A program made the position numbers and the translations under genes. A stretch of 64,000 nt of DNA from Paraspadella gotoi (taxonomy: Eukaryota; Animalia; Chaetognatha), in contig CM119267.1 of the NCBI GenBank assembly GCA_051294375.1, positions 14,067,694 through 14,131,693 on the forward strand, in the 5' to 3' direction. Below are positions 1-14,164 of the stretch, in pieces. Every line of letters begins with the position of its first letter. The stretch's first letter is position 1. The notes under the pieces were generated by a model. That model was given only the letters and a program-made list of their open reading frames with translations, ran no database searches and was not told the DNA's origin.

Positions 1-185
1 TAACCAAATATCAATATATAATGTTGGATTCTTTAAATTTGTTCCTCGCCCCAACGCCTTCTGAGAAATCGAGAGCTTTCAATAATATTGCGACTTTCAC
101 GTTTTTTTTTCCTCCGATGCGACAACGGATGGAGGGAAAGATTTAATTTGAAACCGAGTCCCGGAAGTGAGGATATCCTGTGACA

Positions 186-219
<34 letters not shown>

Positions 220-730
220 NNNNNNNNNNNNNNNNNNNNNNNNNNNNNNNNNNNNNNNNNNNNNNNNNNNNNNNNNNNNNNNNNNNNNNNNNNNNNNNNN
301 NNNNNNNNNNNNNNNNNNNNNNNNNNNNNNNNNNNNNNNNNNNNNNNNNNNNNNNNNNNNNNNNNNNNNNNNNNNNNNNNNNNNNNNNNNNNNNNNNNNN
401 NNNNNNNNNNNNNNNNNNNNNNNNNNNNNTTTTTTTTGCGTCACAGCAAAGAATCCAATATTTCGTTGTTTCAGAGACAATTCTCAGTCAGTGAGAGGTA
501 AAAAATAACAAAAAAATGTTATTTTGAAAAAATATTGCACTTTCACTTTAGAGATAAATTAAACTCAGAGTTTCTCAAAAGATTTGAATTTCGAATTTAT
601 TTTTGTTATTTTGTTTCAAAATTAAAAAACGTGAATGATGAGGTTTTTTTAATTCATTGTAATTGAATTTCCTGATCTTATAATAAAAAGAAATCCAGAA
701 AAATTCGGCTTCATTCGAAATAAAAAAAAA

Positions 731-899
731 AGAAATTAAGGAAGTATTCAATCTCCTTTTCTTTTTAAGCAGACGATGTGAAGGAGCGAGGCTTAATTCC
801 GTCAAAAATCAGAGAAGAGATGAAATTAAGGAAGTTCATCTCCTTTTCTTTTTAAGCGACGATGTGAAGGAGCGAGGCTTTAATTCGTCAGAAAATCGC
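731..899. repeat. Direct duplication of a ~80-bp segment (731-810 and 822-899)
   Basis: gaaattaaggaag...gatgtgaaggagcgaggctt(t)aatt(c)cgtca occurs twice and the copies differ only by small indels; possibly an assembly artefact. Confidence 0.7.
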
Positions 900-1601
900 T
901 TAAATCCTCTTTCTCTTCTCTCATCTCTCTCTTCGATCTCTCATCTCATCTTCTTCTTCTCCTCTATCCCGTTCAGTTCTGCTCAGTTAGTCTCTCTCAG
1001 CAGACGTGTTTTTCCGTGAAAGGTTTTGTTGTTCTTCGGGCTTAAAACGATGACGTGGATTGAGAGTGCTTCTGAATCGTGAGTTCGCACTCGTCACTGG
1101 TGAGCACGGTGAGGCCCGCTGTGCGTGTCCGTGGGACGTCGACTTTGAGTATGTCGTGAGTGCGAGAAGGCGTATGAGGCCGATTTTTTGTTTAGTTTAA
1201 TTCTTTCGGTGGCGTTCTGTTTTAAATTTATAGACTGCGTATATATATGAGAATAGAAGTGAGACGATAAGCTAAATAAAGAACTCCGTGGCGGTGACGT
1301 GTGAACATCTATCTAGGTGATAGTTTTGTAAAAGAGTAACGATCGACGTATAATTAAGATTTAAATGATTAGCTTTTTTTCGTACATTAAGTGTATTCTG
1401 CTTTTATATTTTGGGTGCAAAAATTAAGTTGGATGAGCGAAATTCGAAGATTCGAACACTGAGTTTTGCTTTCGCTTATGCTTCGCGACTGATTTTGCTC
1501 GTCGGTTTCTGAGTTTCTTTTCGTTCGACGGAGATACGAGGGATGAAATGACCAGGAAGGATAACGTTGAGAGAGAGGAGAAGAGAGAAGAGAGAGAGAG
1601 T

Positions 1602-1661
<60 letters not shown>

Positions 1662-1859
1662 AGAGAGAGAGATCCCTATGACATGTCTGATTTTTTTTTC
1701 GTGCATTTCGCGATTTTTGTTCATTAACCAGCAATGTTAGAAAACTCAGTTATGAAAGAAATAACATAAAAAAGTAAATAATGAAAACTGCATATGAATC
1801 AACTGGGGAGGCTCTTTTACTTGTTCATCATCATAGAGTTTAGATAAGAGAGAGAGTAG

Positions 1860-1895
<36 letters not shown>

Positions 1896-3121
1896 GAACG
1901 AGAGTAAACNNNNNNNNNNNNNNNNNNNNNNNNNNNNNNNNNNNNNNNNNNNNNNNNNNNNNNNNNNNNNNNNNNNNNNNNNNTAAAGAAAATAAAGAAA
2001 CTCAAAAAATGCCCTCCCCTCTCTCCCGCCTAAAAAAAAGGAATCATCAAAAAAGTGCTGCGTCTTCAAACGTGTTTCTTCGTCTCTTCGACTCTGGGAT
2101 TCGCCAAAGAGATAAACGCATCGTCGAGCGAAGACGCTACCCTCCAGTTTTTTTTGTTGTCGAAGCGGCGGGAGGACGGCTCCGTTTGTTGTTGTTTTTT
2201 TTTTAATACAACTGCAGAGTTAGAGCTTTGAGACTTTGAGACTTCCGTGCACGATTGAAAGTACCCTTTTGAACATTCGTCAAAGTGCGTCAAAGTGCTT
2301 TCGTTTATTATTCTTGACCAGATACACATTTTTTTATCTTAAAATTCCTTTTATTGTCACCACCAAAAACATAAATATATAAATTTTAGTACAATCCCCC
2401 CCCCCGGTTTTGTATTCTCTCCTTCTCTACTAACGAGTTAAGTTGCAATGAAGCACCGCATCCACTTTTCCATCCAATTCTCCATTACAAGATTTATATC
2501 ATCCAGATGCCCGATTGGATTAGGAGGTAAACTTCCTNNNNNNNNNNNNNNNNNNNNNNNNNNNNNNNNNNNNNNNNNNNNNNNNNNNNNNNNNNNNNNN
2601 NNNNNNNNNNNNNNNNNNNNNNNNNNNNNNNNNNNNNNNNNNNNNNNNNNNNNNNNNNNNNNNNNNNNNNNNNNNNNNNNNNNNNNNNNNNNNNNNNNNN
2701 NNNNNNNNNNNNNNNNNNNNNNNNNNNNNNNNNNNNNNNNNNNNNNNNNNNNNNNNNNNNNNNNNNNNNNNNNNNNNNNNNNNNNNNNNNNNNNNNNNNN
2801 NNNNNNNACCACAAGAACACAACCCGCCACCCGACCCTCGGGTCCCACGCCCTATCATTTTCCGCGAAATTGAACTTTTTACTGTCGTATATTGTTAGTT
2901 TGTTGTAGTTGGATTTTAAATTCAAAATCTAAAAAGTACCACTTTAAGTTTTTGCCAAAAGACTGCACCTCATATTCTCCGAGACGTATTATCGCAATCC
3001 TTTTAAAATGCGCATGATAAATCGCCCCAAAAGACTCTCCCCTTTCGGGCCGAAAACTCAACCCAAGCTCCGCCGTCTCTAAAGGGGAAAAGGTTCTTCG
3101 TTCATGTCCAGGTTTAGGATT

Positions 3122-3179
<58 letters not shown>

Positions 3180-3890
3180 AGTCTCGGGCCCATAAAAAAC
3201 TCGTTTTTATTTCGGCGGTCAACAGGTAGTCGGCCTCTCCCTTTTTATCGCTGCCGACCGCCGGACGGTCTCCATGACGACGACCGACTCCGATGACCTC
3301 GATGACCACAAATCTTTCCAAGAGACGCGTCGCCGACCACTCGAACTAAGAAAACCACTTTTACCACCTCAAGTCATGAGTTCTACCACTTTGCCGACAA
3401 CAGCGACAATACAGATGACATCAATGATGGCAATAACCGCGACTCCAAATACTAGGAAGAAATCGACCAATTCGCATGTCAGTTCCAGAACTACAAATAT
3501 AAAACTATTACGTCTACATCAAAAGCCACTAACTTTGTAGTATGAATTCATTTATATCTACTGTGTAAAATTCCAACCACAAGTTGAACGGCTTCTTTTC
3601 TTTTGTTTTTGTTTTTTTCTTTCCTTTTCTTTTCTTTTCTTTTCTTTTACATTTCCTTTTTTTTCTTTCCTTTTCTTTTCTTTTCTTTTCTTTTACATTT
3701 CCTTTCTTTTCATTCCTTTTCGACTCGGCGCCAACGATAAGAGCCGAACAATGACGACCGGGTAACTCGTTCGGTCGCGTTGCCCTGCGTTGGATGTCGG
3801 ACAAAAGTCGAGGTCCAAATCTGGCAAAATCGAATTTTATTAAATAACAGAGTTATTTTTCGGAGTAGTGATATCGCAAGAACGAATTGA

Positions 3891-4070
3891 CAGAAATGAT
3901 GAAGAAAGCATGGTCCATAACAGAAATGATGAAGAAAGCATGGCCCATAACAGAAATGATGAAGAAAGCATGGCCCATAACAGAAATGATGAAGAAAGCA
4001 TGGCCCATAACAGAAATGATGAAGAAAGCATGGCCCATAACAGAAATGATCAAGGAAGCATGGCCCATAA
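3891..4070. repeat. 30-bp minisatellite, 6 copies (CAGAAATGATGAAGAAAGCATGGCCCATAA)
   Basis: Six consecutive units are directly visible; copies 1 and 6 carry 1-2 substitutions; no spacers between units. Confidence 0.97.
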
Positions 4071-6048
4071 TATGGAGACTTCGACAACAGTGAAACATAT
4101 CGAACAAACGTGACGCAACGTTCACCATCTGGATAGCAATTCCTAAGCTCGCCTCTCTCCTTGTATCCAAAACGTCTCCCCCAAAGAGTCGAACGCTCGA
4201 TTTCGTATCCAAAAAAGAAATGTGTTTCTTGGCAATTTTGGGGCTTTTGGCCTATTGGGTCGTCTCACTCCCACTCTCTCTCTCTCTCTCTCTNNNNNNN
4301 NNNNNNNNNNNNNNNNNNNNNNNNNNNNNNNNNNNNNNNNNNNNNNNNNNNNNNNNNNNNNNNNNNNNNNNNNNNNNNNNNNNNNNNNNNNNNNNNNNNN
4401 NNNNNNNNNNNNNNNNNNNNNNNNNNNNNNNNNNNNNNNNNNNNNNNNNNNNNNNNNNNNNNNNNNNNNNNNNNNNNNNNNNNNNNNNNNNNNNNNNNNN
4501 NNNNNNNNNNNNNNNNNNNNNNNNNNNNNNNNNNNNNNNNNNNNNNNNNNNNNNNNNNNNNNNNNNNNNNNNNNNNNNNNNNNNNNNNNNNNNNNNNNNN
4601 NNNNNNNNNNNNNNNNNNNNNNNNNNNNNNNNNNNNNNNNNNNNNNNNNNNNNNNNNNNNNNNNNNNNNNNNNNNNNNNNNNNNNNNNNNNNNNNNNNNN
4701 NNNNNNNNNNNNNNNNNNNNNNNNNNNNNNNNNNNNNNNNNNNNNNNNNNNNNNNNNNNNNNNNNNNNNNNNNNNNNNNNNNNNNNNNNNNNNNNNNNNN
4801 NNNNNNNNNNNNNNNNNNNNNNNNNNNNNNNNNNNNNNNNNNNNNNNNNNNNACGGAAAGAAGGAAAGGGAGAAAAGAGGAGGGCAATCGGAAAGTCTAG
4901 TCTAGACTAATCTAGTTTAATGTAGACAATACTAGACTTAAGTTTACAAGGTATGAAAAAATAAAATACTACAAATCCAATAATGAAGAAAGAGTAAGAA
5001 GACGGTTTGAGCCTAAAATCTCATAGATTAATAGAATTGAGCAGAATAGAAGATAATACTAAACTAAAGTTTACTATATATAAAATAAAAATCTACATAT
5101 ACATCTACAATGATAAAGAGGACAAAGGACAAAGGAAAAAGAACGAATTGACCAAATCACGCTTCCCCGTTGCCTGGCAACGTTCGTCGCCGTCGACGTC
5201 GCTTCTTCGCTTGGCTCGTCTCCAAAAACAAGGGACCTCTCATTCTGATCNNNNNNNNNNNNNNNNNNNNNNNNNNNNNNNNNNNNNNNNNNNNNNNNNN
5301 NNNNNNNNNNNNNNNNNNNNNNNNNNNNNNNNNNNNNNNNNNNNNNNNNNNNNNNNNNNNNNNNNNNNNNNNNNNNNNNNNNNNNNNNNNNNNNNNNNNN
5401 NNNNNNNNNNNNTAATGCCTGCGAATCACATTAAATCGTTTGCATAATGAAAGGTTCTGTAGTCAAGGTTGTTTTCCGGTCGAGCTACTACTGAGCAGAA
5501 TTAATCGCATCCCGTTTCTTTTTTTCTTTTTTTTTTTTCAATTATGAAGAAAAAGATATAAATACGAAATTCTGTTCGGAAGGAAAGAGGCAAAAGAACT
5601 GTTCTTGATAATGGCATGGAATAAACTCGGGAAGAAAATAAACAATACTCCATCTTTGTTTTTTTTCTTTACGAGTTCGAGGAAATAATTAAGGAAAAAC
5701 AAAAGGCAACTGGAAACTAAGGAAACCGAAGCAGAAAAACCCTAAGCAGAAAAAAAAAAAATCGTAAAAATTCCGGAGAAAAACAAACGTTAAAAAAAGA
5801 AAGACGAAATAAGAATGTACAGAAACAAAAATAAATATAAACAAGCAAAAAACAAACTGGGGAAACTTTCGCTATATGTGATTGCGAGGGAAAAAAGGGG
5901 GAAAAATGTGAAAGATCATCTCGTCTGTGAATTGGATCCTTGGTTTTTAAGTCTCTCCTGTGGCCATCGCGAATCTAATCAGGTTGACCTCGTCTGGCCT
6001 CTGTCACTCCCATTCTCCTTCTCCCTCCCTCGCTCTCCCTGACCTTTA

Positions 6049-6081
<33 letters not shown>

Positions 6082-8970
6082 NNNNNNNNNNNNNNNNNNN
6101 NNNNNNTATGACGCTTCCTCCAATGGAAGTACCGGGAGGAAAGTAGGGGGGGAAGGGGAGAGGAGGGGTTAACAGAAAAGATGAGCAATTAGCATGATTG
6201 AAACTTTTAGGAAGGCAGGAAAAATCCATTCTTTACTTAGAGATGAGATGAGAGAGAGGAGAGGAGAGATGAGAGAGTCTTTTCCCTCTTCCTTTTTCTT
6301 TCTTCTTTTTATCCTTATTTGTCTCTCGTCTTTGCCTTTGTTCTTTGAAGATAATTTTGCACTTATGTTCTATTTTGGTTTTATTGCTAAACAAAAAAAT
6401 TCTTTAGATACCCCTTGATTTTTATGAATATAAACAGGGAATAATGCCGATATTATAGAATATTTAAGCAGTTTTTTTTTCAGTTTCCGGTTCAATTAAC
6501 GGTAAATAGAAATATTCAAAAATAGCACCGAGTTTAAACTAGTAGGAAATTTAGGGATTTCAACATGTTGAAAGAGTTAAAACTCTGTTAAAATTCATAA
6601 TCAAACAGTTATTAATCTTATGAAAATTTGATATTTCTTCAAATCACAAAAGATAATTTCTTAGAAAAGGGGCTTATTTCGCCATGGGACTCTTTCGGTC
6701 AATCGGTCATCGAGACCTGATCAAGAAGTCGCGACTCGTTTTCGATTAGCCTAAACAAAACGGTCGCCAGGGGAAGGATTCTTCATATATCTTTAATTGT
6801 TCCTATCATGTTATGTAATAACATCTTATCTAAGTAATTCGACAGCGCACCGTACTATTTCATGTTTGCAGATGCCAATGTTTTTTTTGTTTGTTTTCTT
6901 TTTACGAAAAATTTAGAATTTCAGCTCGCAAAACATAAAACAAAAGCATACAACATATATACATAAAAAATAAAATACAAAAGCACAAAGTAACACAAGC
7001 TGTCTTTCGTCACCCAAAAAATAAAAATCGTTTCTTCTTTACAAAACAAGAATCAATTCCTTGACTAAAAGCTTTAAGCAGATATTATCGACAAAACTAG
7101 AAATAAATATGCGTTTCACAATCCACTCTATGCGCCACAGCTTTTGTCCCACTCTCGCTTGCCCCGTGCTTGGTACGACATTCGCCTTTCCTCCCCCCGG
7201 CCCCCTTCCACTAATGTTTGTCGTTAACAAGAAAAATGGTCGAAAGGACGACGACGACGACGACGACAAAGATGATAGTGAAGCCGTTTCCACTAATTTC
7301 CTCGTCCGTCGCTTCTTTCTGGGTTAAACCTTAACGACTTGAACTCGTTTTCTTCCAGCGACGAGGGACGCCCAGGACGCCCGGAAAATTGCCAACCAAT
7401 CATTCTCTGTCCTTTTTATCTCTCTCTCTTTTTCGCTTTTCCCGCGCTTTTCAAACAGTTTGATTATCAAAATAAAAAAATCATATGATGATTGATGATT
7501 AATTAATTACCCGATGATAATTAAGAACACAAAAATAATCACAAGCTGACTGCACTGTGGCGACAATCGAATTAATCATATGAATTTCTAATTAAAACCC
7601 GCGTTTTAAATTTCGCCGACAATGAGTATTCCACCTCTATACCGTGGGAGGTTTTTAAAAGCAGAAAAAATGATTTAGGTGGCAAAGAAAAGATTTAAGA
7701 CCTCATTCCATAAAAAAAAAGTCGAAAAAATAAAGAAATTTTTTTTCTGGTGCGAACGTCTCACGCAAACTGCAGCGGGCGTCCCGCTTTTTAACGCTCT
7801 TTCTCTCTTTCTCTCTTTCTCTCTTTTTCTCTTTCTCATTTTTTAAATTTTTCTCTTTCTTATTTTCTTTCGCTCTCTCTCTCACTCTCTTTTTCTCATT
7901 TTTCTCTCTTCTCTGCCCCACATCCCTCCCCATGAAATCAATTCAAATTAATTTTGATCTAATTAATGACTCACTCATCTCTCTCACTCTCTCTCTCTCT
8001 CTCTCTCTTTCCGTTTTCGTCATGCTCGTGCGGATCCAACTTTTTCCCCTTCCATTCCGAATCTTGAAAACGACTTCTCTTTGAGAAAATCTCTCAAATG
8101 AAGCTTTGGTTTAACGAGACCTTATTTAACGAGATTCCAAGAAAAACAGAGGACTAATCGATTTTGCGAAAGAGACGGAGAGAGAGAGAGATAGAGAGAG
8201 AGAGACTTTTATATAAAGAGGAACGGGAAGAAGCGCTGTCAAAGAACCAGGTTCAAATTAGTCACTGAGTTGATTTCACGCTAAATGAGAGATGGTCGCC
8301 AACCCAGTTCTCTCAACCCATGATGCATTTGAAAATACTTTTCCTGTTCTAACAAGTTTGAGCAAACAATGTCGGTTCTGACTACGATAATTAGGTGGTA
8401 ATCTGCTAATCCGATGATAAATCACTATAATTCTATCTAGATTTTAATTTTTAATCTTGACAGATTATAACATATCATTACATAACTAAGCATAACAGAC
8501 TTTTTAATAAATTTATATTATATGATAATCCTTTCTTTTTCATTTTGAGCTCTTTCTTACTCCTTAAATTTTCAATTTTCTTAGGTCATTAGCTATAGCA
8601 ATAAAAAATAATATAAACTTAAACTTTCTTTCATTTTTTCACATCTTCACATTTCACTAAAATTTCTTAGCTAATTTAGTACATATATGAATTATTTATT
8701 CACTCTTTACAATTGTTTTAAAAAATTCTCACCAATTTTCAGTTTTTTTTTTTAAACATTTATCACTGTTTGTACATTGACAAATGTATATTTTAATTAT
8801 TTAGTTTATCCCTGTTAAGTCTAATCTCTCTCTCTCTTTCTCTTTCCTCTCTAACAAAATTTTCATTTCTTTTTCAAAAAACTCACTCAATCTGTGTTCA
8901 TACGTTACCCTGTCCTCCCTCTGACCACGATTCTGTCTCACCACTTTCGTTTTGGAAACTTTAACATACT

Positions 8971-9019
<49 letters not shown>

Positions 9020-9219
9020 CTCTCTTTTTGCACAATATTTTTGTCTAATTCACAAACTAAAAACATGAAGAAGGCCTTGAAACAACAGCCGAACATGTCT
9101 GTTTACCAATAAAATTCAAATTCGTTGAAACTAATAAACTTTGTTTTTTCTCTATAATAAATTTATATAATATTGATTATATATCAATGAACCAGGAGCG
9201 TGGCCACCATACATTGCAT

Positions 9220-9465
9220 AATTTGGTCAACTGATAGTTTTGGACTTATTTGGATGGTTTGGTTCAACTGTAGATTAGTTTGGTCAATTGGATAGTTTAA
9301 CTAAAACTTGGTTAGTTTGGTCAACTTGCATATTTGGTCAACTTGCTTAATTTGTCAACTGGCATAAACTACCCACACCCCAAATTTCATTCCAATCATT
9401 CATCCAATCACGAGTAATTGAAGTTTAATGCGAAGGGGGACGGACGGACGGGACTGAAGACGACA
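9220..9465 (+). mobile_element. Possible Helentron/HINE-like or MITE remnant with an internal TTTGGTCAAC repeat array
   Basis: About 6 degenerate tttggtcaact units (9220-9362), then ccaaatttcattccaatc and a short GGAC microsatellite (9438-9452). This arrangement resembles invertebrate DINE/HINE-type elements; termini not identified. Confidence 0.3.
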
Positions 9466-9899
9466 TAATTTTTTTATAAATTTATCATAATTCGATGTTC
9501 TGTATGATTAGATAAAAATGATTTACCGACAAGATTTGGGGGACGACGGACCGAGGCAAAGTGGATATAAAGTCGAATTGAAAATGATATCAAATAATGA
9601 AAGGGAGACCTTTCTCTCTCTCTCTTCTCTTCTGTACACTTCGGTCCTTACGCGGAAAATGCGATTCTTCTCCGACTTTTTCAATATTTTTGTTTACTTT
9701 GTTTGTTTTTCTCAGTTTCGAGTTTTTTGATCTTTGGCCGTCGATTGTGAGGAAAAGGAAAAAATTGGAAAGGCGGAAGAAAAAAATAGGGAGAGAAGGT
9801 GAGGATGAAAAAAAAGAAAGAAATAATATCCCGGAGAAATTGGAAATTGAACTGATATTTCTAAAAAATTAGGAAATGTTGAAAAAATTGTTATTTTAC

Positions 9900-12890
9900 C
9901 ACGGTTCCTTTTTTACATCGATTTAATCGCATGGAGTGCACAAGAATGAGATGTCCCGGGATACGTTTCCGGACCTTTGGGCTACACAAAAAAAGGGTAA
10001 TCAAATTTTTCCCTAATGACTAGTTTTTTTTATAATTAATATTTAAAATTAGCTATATAAATCAATTAAAGTAGAATATAAAAAACATTCAAAAATAGGT
10101 TTAAATTTTTTTTAAATGAAAATATCATGCATCATCCATAATCTATGAACAATTTCCTCTTCGTTGAGTCGACATAACCATATTTATCTTTAATAGTTTT
10201 TTATTTGTAATTAATTTTTCTTTATTAAAATATTATTTTAATTTTTTTTCAGGTATTTAAATTAAAAAAATTTATAACTATGCCAAATGATAGAAAAAAA
10301 TTTTATATTATAATGGACTTACCCTACCTAATATAGGCTTTCAAATAACATTATATAGTAGTTTATTTATGATTAATGTTTTTGATATAGAAATAAAATT
10401 TAATAATCTAATATTATGAAAAAATTAGATAACTTTGAATTTTTTTTTAGCATAATAACATAATTTTTAATTATTGTTCATGATGCTTTATATAGCTACT
10501 GGCTCAGTTGTATCTTTTCAATATTATAAATTTTGATACTCTTCTTTTATTTTAGTAATACTGACTGCTATATTTACTTACTTTTGACAAAATCAAAAAT
10601 TACTGATATTAAATTAGTTATGAAAACAGACGAAAACTATTTTTTTAAATCAGATGCTATTTAATTTTTTTGGATATGATATTATATTATCTTGGAACAA
10701 ATTAAAAAGTTTTAAACAATCCGAACTCGACATTTTTAAGGCCAAAAGTTAGGTTGGTTTAAAAAAAACTGCAAGATGCAAAAAAGTAATAAAAAAAAGT
10801 TATTGTCTGAATATCTTTTGAAAAAAAGAGGGAGCAGGTGGGTGTTGGTAATCAAATTAAAGCGCCTAATCATGGACACATTTCTAGAACAGTTTTATTA
10901 AATTTTATCCATAGATCTTTACACAGTTTTTATTTAAATACGAGTTAAAAGTATAACAAGTTTTTGCATTACAAATTTCAATGAAGGCATATGAAATTTT
11001 TTGTTTTTCTATTGTACATTGAAAGAGGAAAGTCTGAATTACATTTTAATTATACTTAAATTCTTTCAACTTTATAAATTTGCCTTGTATTTTTTAGTTA
11101 AAATAAAAAACAGCAAAAAATTGTAGTGCTTGATAAAATGTTGTTTTTAAATATGATAGAAAAATGATAAATAATGAATATTTTTCAGCTTGATATAAAC
11201 AGTCTGGACGTCTACCTTCTTGTCTGTGAAAAAAAATAATCATTTTCATTATCTTCAACTGCAAAGCAAAAGCTTGATATACTGCTTGTTTATCGTAATA
11301 AAATTTTAAAAAATTACTTAACTGCTGACGATATTTGACAAAGCAAGACATCATTGTGTTGAATTGTATTGCTAATTTTCTTTTAAATATAACAACCTTT
11401 ATAAAGGGAATTTAATTCTATATATTTATCATCCATTTTAATTAAGAAAAAAAAATTCGCAAAAAGGGTTCATTGGACTGACTTAATGATTGCATTTTTT
11501 AAGGTTTCTTTACTGACCCATTACGCAAGACCATAAAAGGTCATTATTATCATGTCACTATGTACAGATTTTCTCTACCCTTTATGCCACCTGCATTCTG
11601 AATTTTCTTTTTTTCCCTTTCAAATGTATTAATTAAAAAAATTAATTGAGAGAACGAACAGCATGGGGATACCGTTGTAAGCCTTAGTTACCCCAGGCTT
11701 CCCAATCAAATTTTTAAAACAAGGTTTTTTTTTCATCTATTCTAGACATAACTCTAACTATTGGTACTATATTTTTAATTTTTTTTAATTCTCTTTAGCG
11801 TAATCAAAGAAACGTGTTTGCGTCGTTCAAAAAAATTATAGAAAAAAAAGTAAAATGTTTTCAAAAATTAAATAAATTAAGGAATCTACTATACTTACAA
11901 TATACTGACGTTAATATGTATTAGAACTTTGATGCCCACTCAAATAAAAAAAACTGTTAAATATACTGCTTTTTCTGTCATATTAAAAGAGGCTACTGAA
12001 TTAAGTTAAACCTACAAAGCAGTCGAATATCAATTATCTTATACATTTGACAACCTTAAAAATGTCTAGTTGGGATTGTTTTAAAACTTTTTGAATTTTT
12101 GTCAAGGATAATATTATATCAGTTCAAACAATTAATAGCATGGTGATTTTAAAAAAAGTTTTTGTCTGTTTCATACATAATTTTTAATATCAGTAATTTT
12201 TGGATTTTGTCAAAAGATAGTAAATATAGCAGTCAGTATTATTAAAAATAAAAAAAAGTTAAAATATTATAATTGAGAATGATACAACTGACCAGTAGCT
12301 ATTAAAAGCATCATGAAACAATTAATTAATAATTATGTTTATTATGCTAAAAAAAATTCAAAGTTAAAATTTTTTCATATATTTAATTTTATAAATTATT
12401 TATTTTCTATGTCAAAACATCCATCATAATAAACTACTTATATTATGTATTTGAAGGCCTATATTAGGTTAGGTAAGTCCCTTATAATAAAAAATTTTTC
12501 TTCTATCATTTGGCATAGTTATAATTTTTTTAATTTAAATTACCTGAAAAAAAATTAAAATAATATTTTAATAAAGAAAAATTAATTACAAATAAACTAT
12601 TAAAGATAGAATAATGGTTATGGACTCAAACGAAAGAAAATTGTTCATAGATTATGGATGATGCATGATATTTTCATTTTAAAAAAAATTTAAACCATTT
12701 TTTAATTTTTTTTATTTCTACTTTATTGATTTTATATAGCTAATTTTAATATTAATTTATAAAAAAACTGTCATTAGGAAAATTTGATTACCCTTTTTTT
12801 GTGTAGCCAAAGGTCCGGAACGTATCCCGGGACATCTCATTCTGGGTGGCCACCTCCATGCCGATTAAATCGATGTAAAAAGGAACCGTG
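9900..12890. mobile_element. Non-autonomous DNA transposon with very long TIRs (Chapaev/CMC-like foldback element)
   Basis: Left end CACGGTTCCTTTTTTACATCGATTTAATCG at 9900 is the reverse complement (one-T indel) of the right end ...CGATTAAATCGATGTAAAAAGGAACCGTG at 12890. Arms align over ~9900-10741 vs ~12054-12890. TTAC flanks both ends (9896-9899, 12891-12894). CAC/GTG termini with a 4-bp TSD are Chapaev hallmarks. No transposase ORF inside. Confidence 0.85.
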
Positions 12891-13891
12891 TTACTGTTTA
12901 GGAAATGCATGATTATTGATTATTGACTCTCCTGGGGCGCTGTGACAACTATTTTAGATTTTTATCACATCATTAGATGGAAAAAAATATTCGATAATCA
13001 TCGTTTTATTACGAATTAATATTAGTAAATGATCATAATAATGCGCCATAGGGACCCTGTTGGTTCTACTGGTTCAAAGATATATTTAAATAAATACTGT
13101 CCGACTCAAAGGAGAACTAAAGAAAAAAAAATTTACACGTTAAAATAATTTTTATTCATAAAACAAAAAATACAATGAAAGCAAACAGTAAAAGAATATT
13201 ATAACCTACATAATAATGAAAAGAGTTCGTCATCATTTATATATCATGTATATGAAAAAAATAAGGAGTTGGGGAATTGCACCCGGTTATTCTTTTCCGG
13301 GGTTAATCACCGACATCTTGAATCCAACTTCGATTGATATTAATGCTATAATTTCACTTATATAAACTAATAGCAATTCTCTTTACAAAAAGATTGACCT
13401 TTTGTCATTATAAAACAAAAGAGCACTTTCTACTTGAGTTAATCAGCTGATTACATTACACATAATGCCATTATTTCATCAAGCTGAGAAAACACTTTAA
13501 ATTGTTTTGAGGAAAATTAACAGACCTATATACTCGTTATTAATTTTTTCCTGTTTCATGTTAACGCTTTTTTCAATTGTAATCGTTTAAATATATATAA
13601 TTAATTATATATAAATATTATATATAAATAAAGCATTTGGAATGTCTAGATGCTTTGATTATTTTATTAAGGTACCATTTTACAAAGCGAACCAGGCAAG
13701 TTGTAGTGAAAAAAAGCAAAGCAAAAAAAAATCTCGGCGCCATGAGCGTCAACGTCCCGAGGCGTCATCTACAGAGTGGCGTCGGTCTTTAAAAAATTTT
13801 AAATATACACTACTTCAAAAACTTTTGGGTAACGTAATTATTCTATTACTATCCTCATGGTGTCTTTCGAAATTTGCTCTAGGGATCAACT

Positions 13892-14164
13892 CTATTCTTG
13901 AGGATTTCCTTGGCGATTGACGCTCTCCTTGAATCCTTTGAGCCTCTTCAAAAATTCCTCTCTTTCCTGCTTTGATACGGAGAAGATGATTCTCGCCCAT
14001 CCGGGTTCTTCGCCCTTGAAGATTTCCCCCGACAAGACGAAGCATCCGGCCTTTATTAAATCATTGTAAAGGTCTCGCTCTCCCGTCAAGTAGGGGCTGC
14101 CCATCGATGTCAGCATTCCGCGAAAATTGACCCACAGGAAGAGTCCAGCGCTGGTGTCCTTGAC
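13892..14164 (-). CDS. ACCS: ACCS exon 7 (terminal)
   Basis: cccag| VKDTSAGLFLWVNFR...GEIFKGEEPGWARIIFS...NPQE-stop. Confidence 0.93.
   Translation of the reverse strand, partial: VKDTSAGLFLWVNFRGMLTSMGSPYLTGERDLYNDLIKAGCFVLSGEIFKGEEPGWARIIFSVSKQEREEFLKRLKGFKESVNRQGNPQE

Noticed and set aside
3891-4070. CRISPR-like array
   Set aside because: The units are contiguous with no unique spacers, the context is eukaryotic and there are no cas genes
97-6229. Long ORFs spanning N-runs or (CT/AG)n tracts (SLSL/RERE peptides), here and throughout the window
   Set aside because: Artefacts of gaps and dinucleotide microsatellites
10742-12053. Transposase remnant in the core of the TIR element (e.g. ORF 11094-11354)
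   Set aside because: No recognisable DDE or Chapa zinc-finger motifs; many stops
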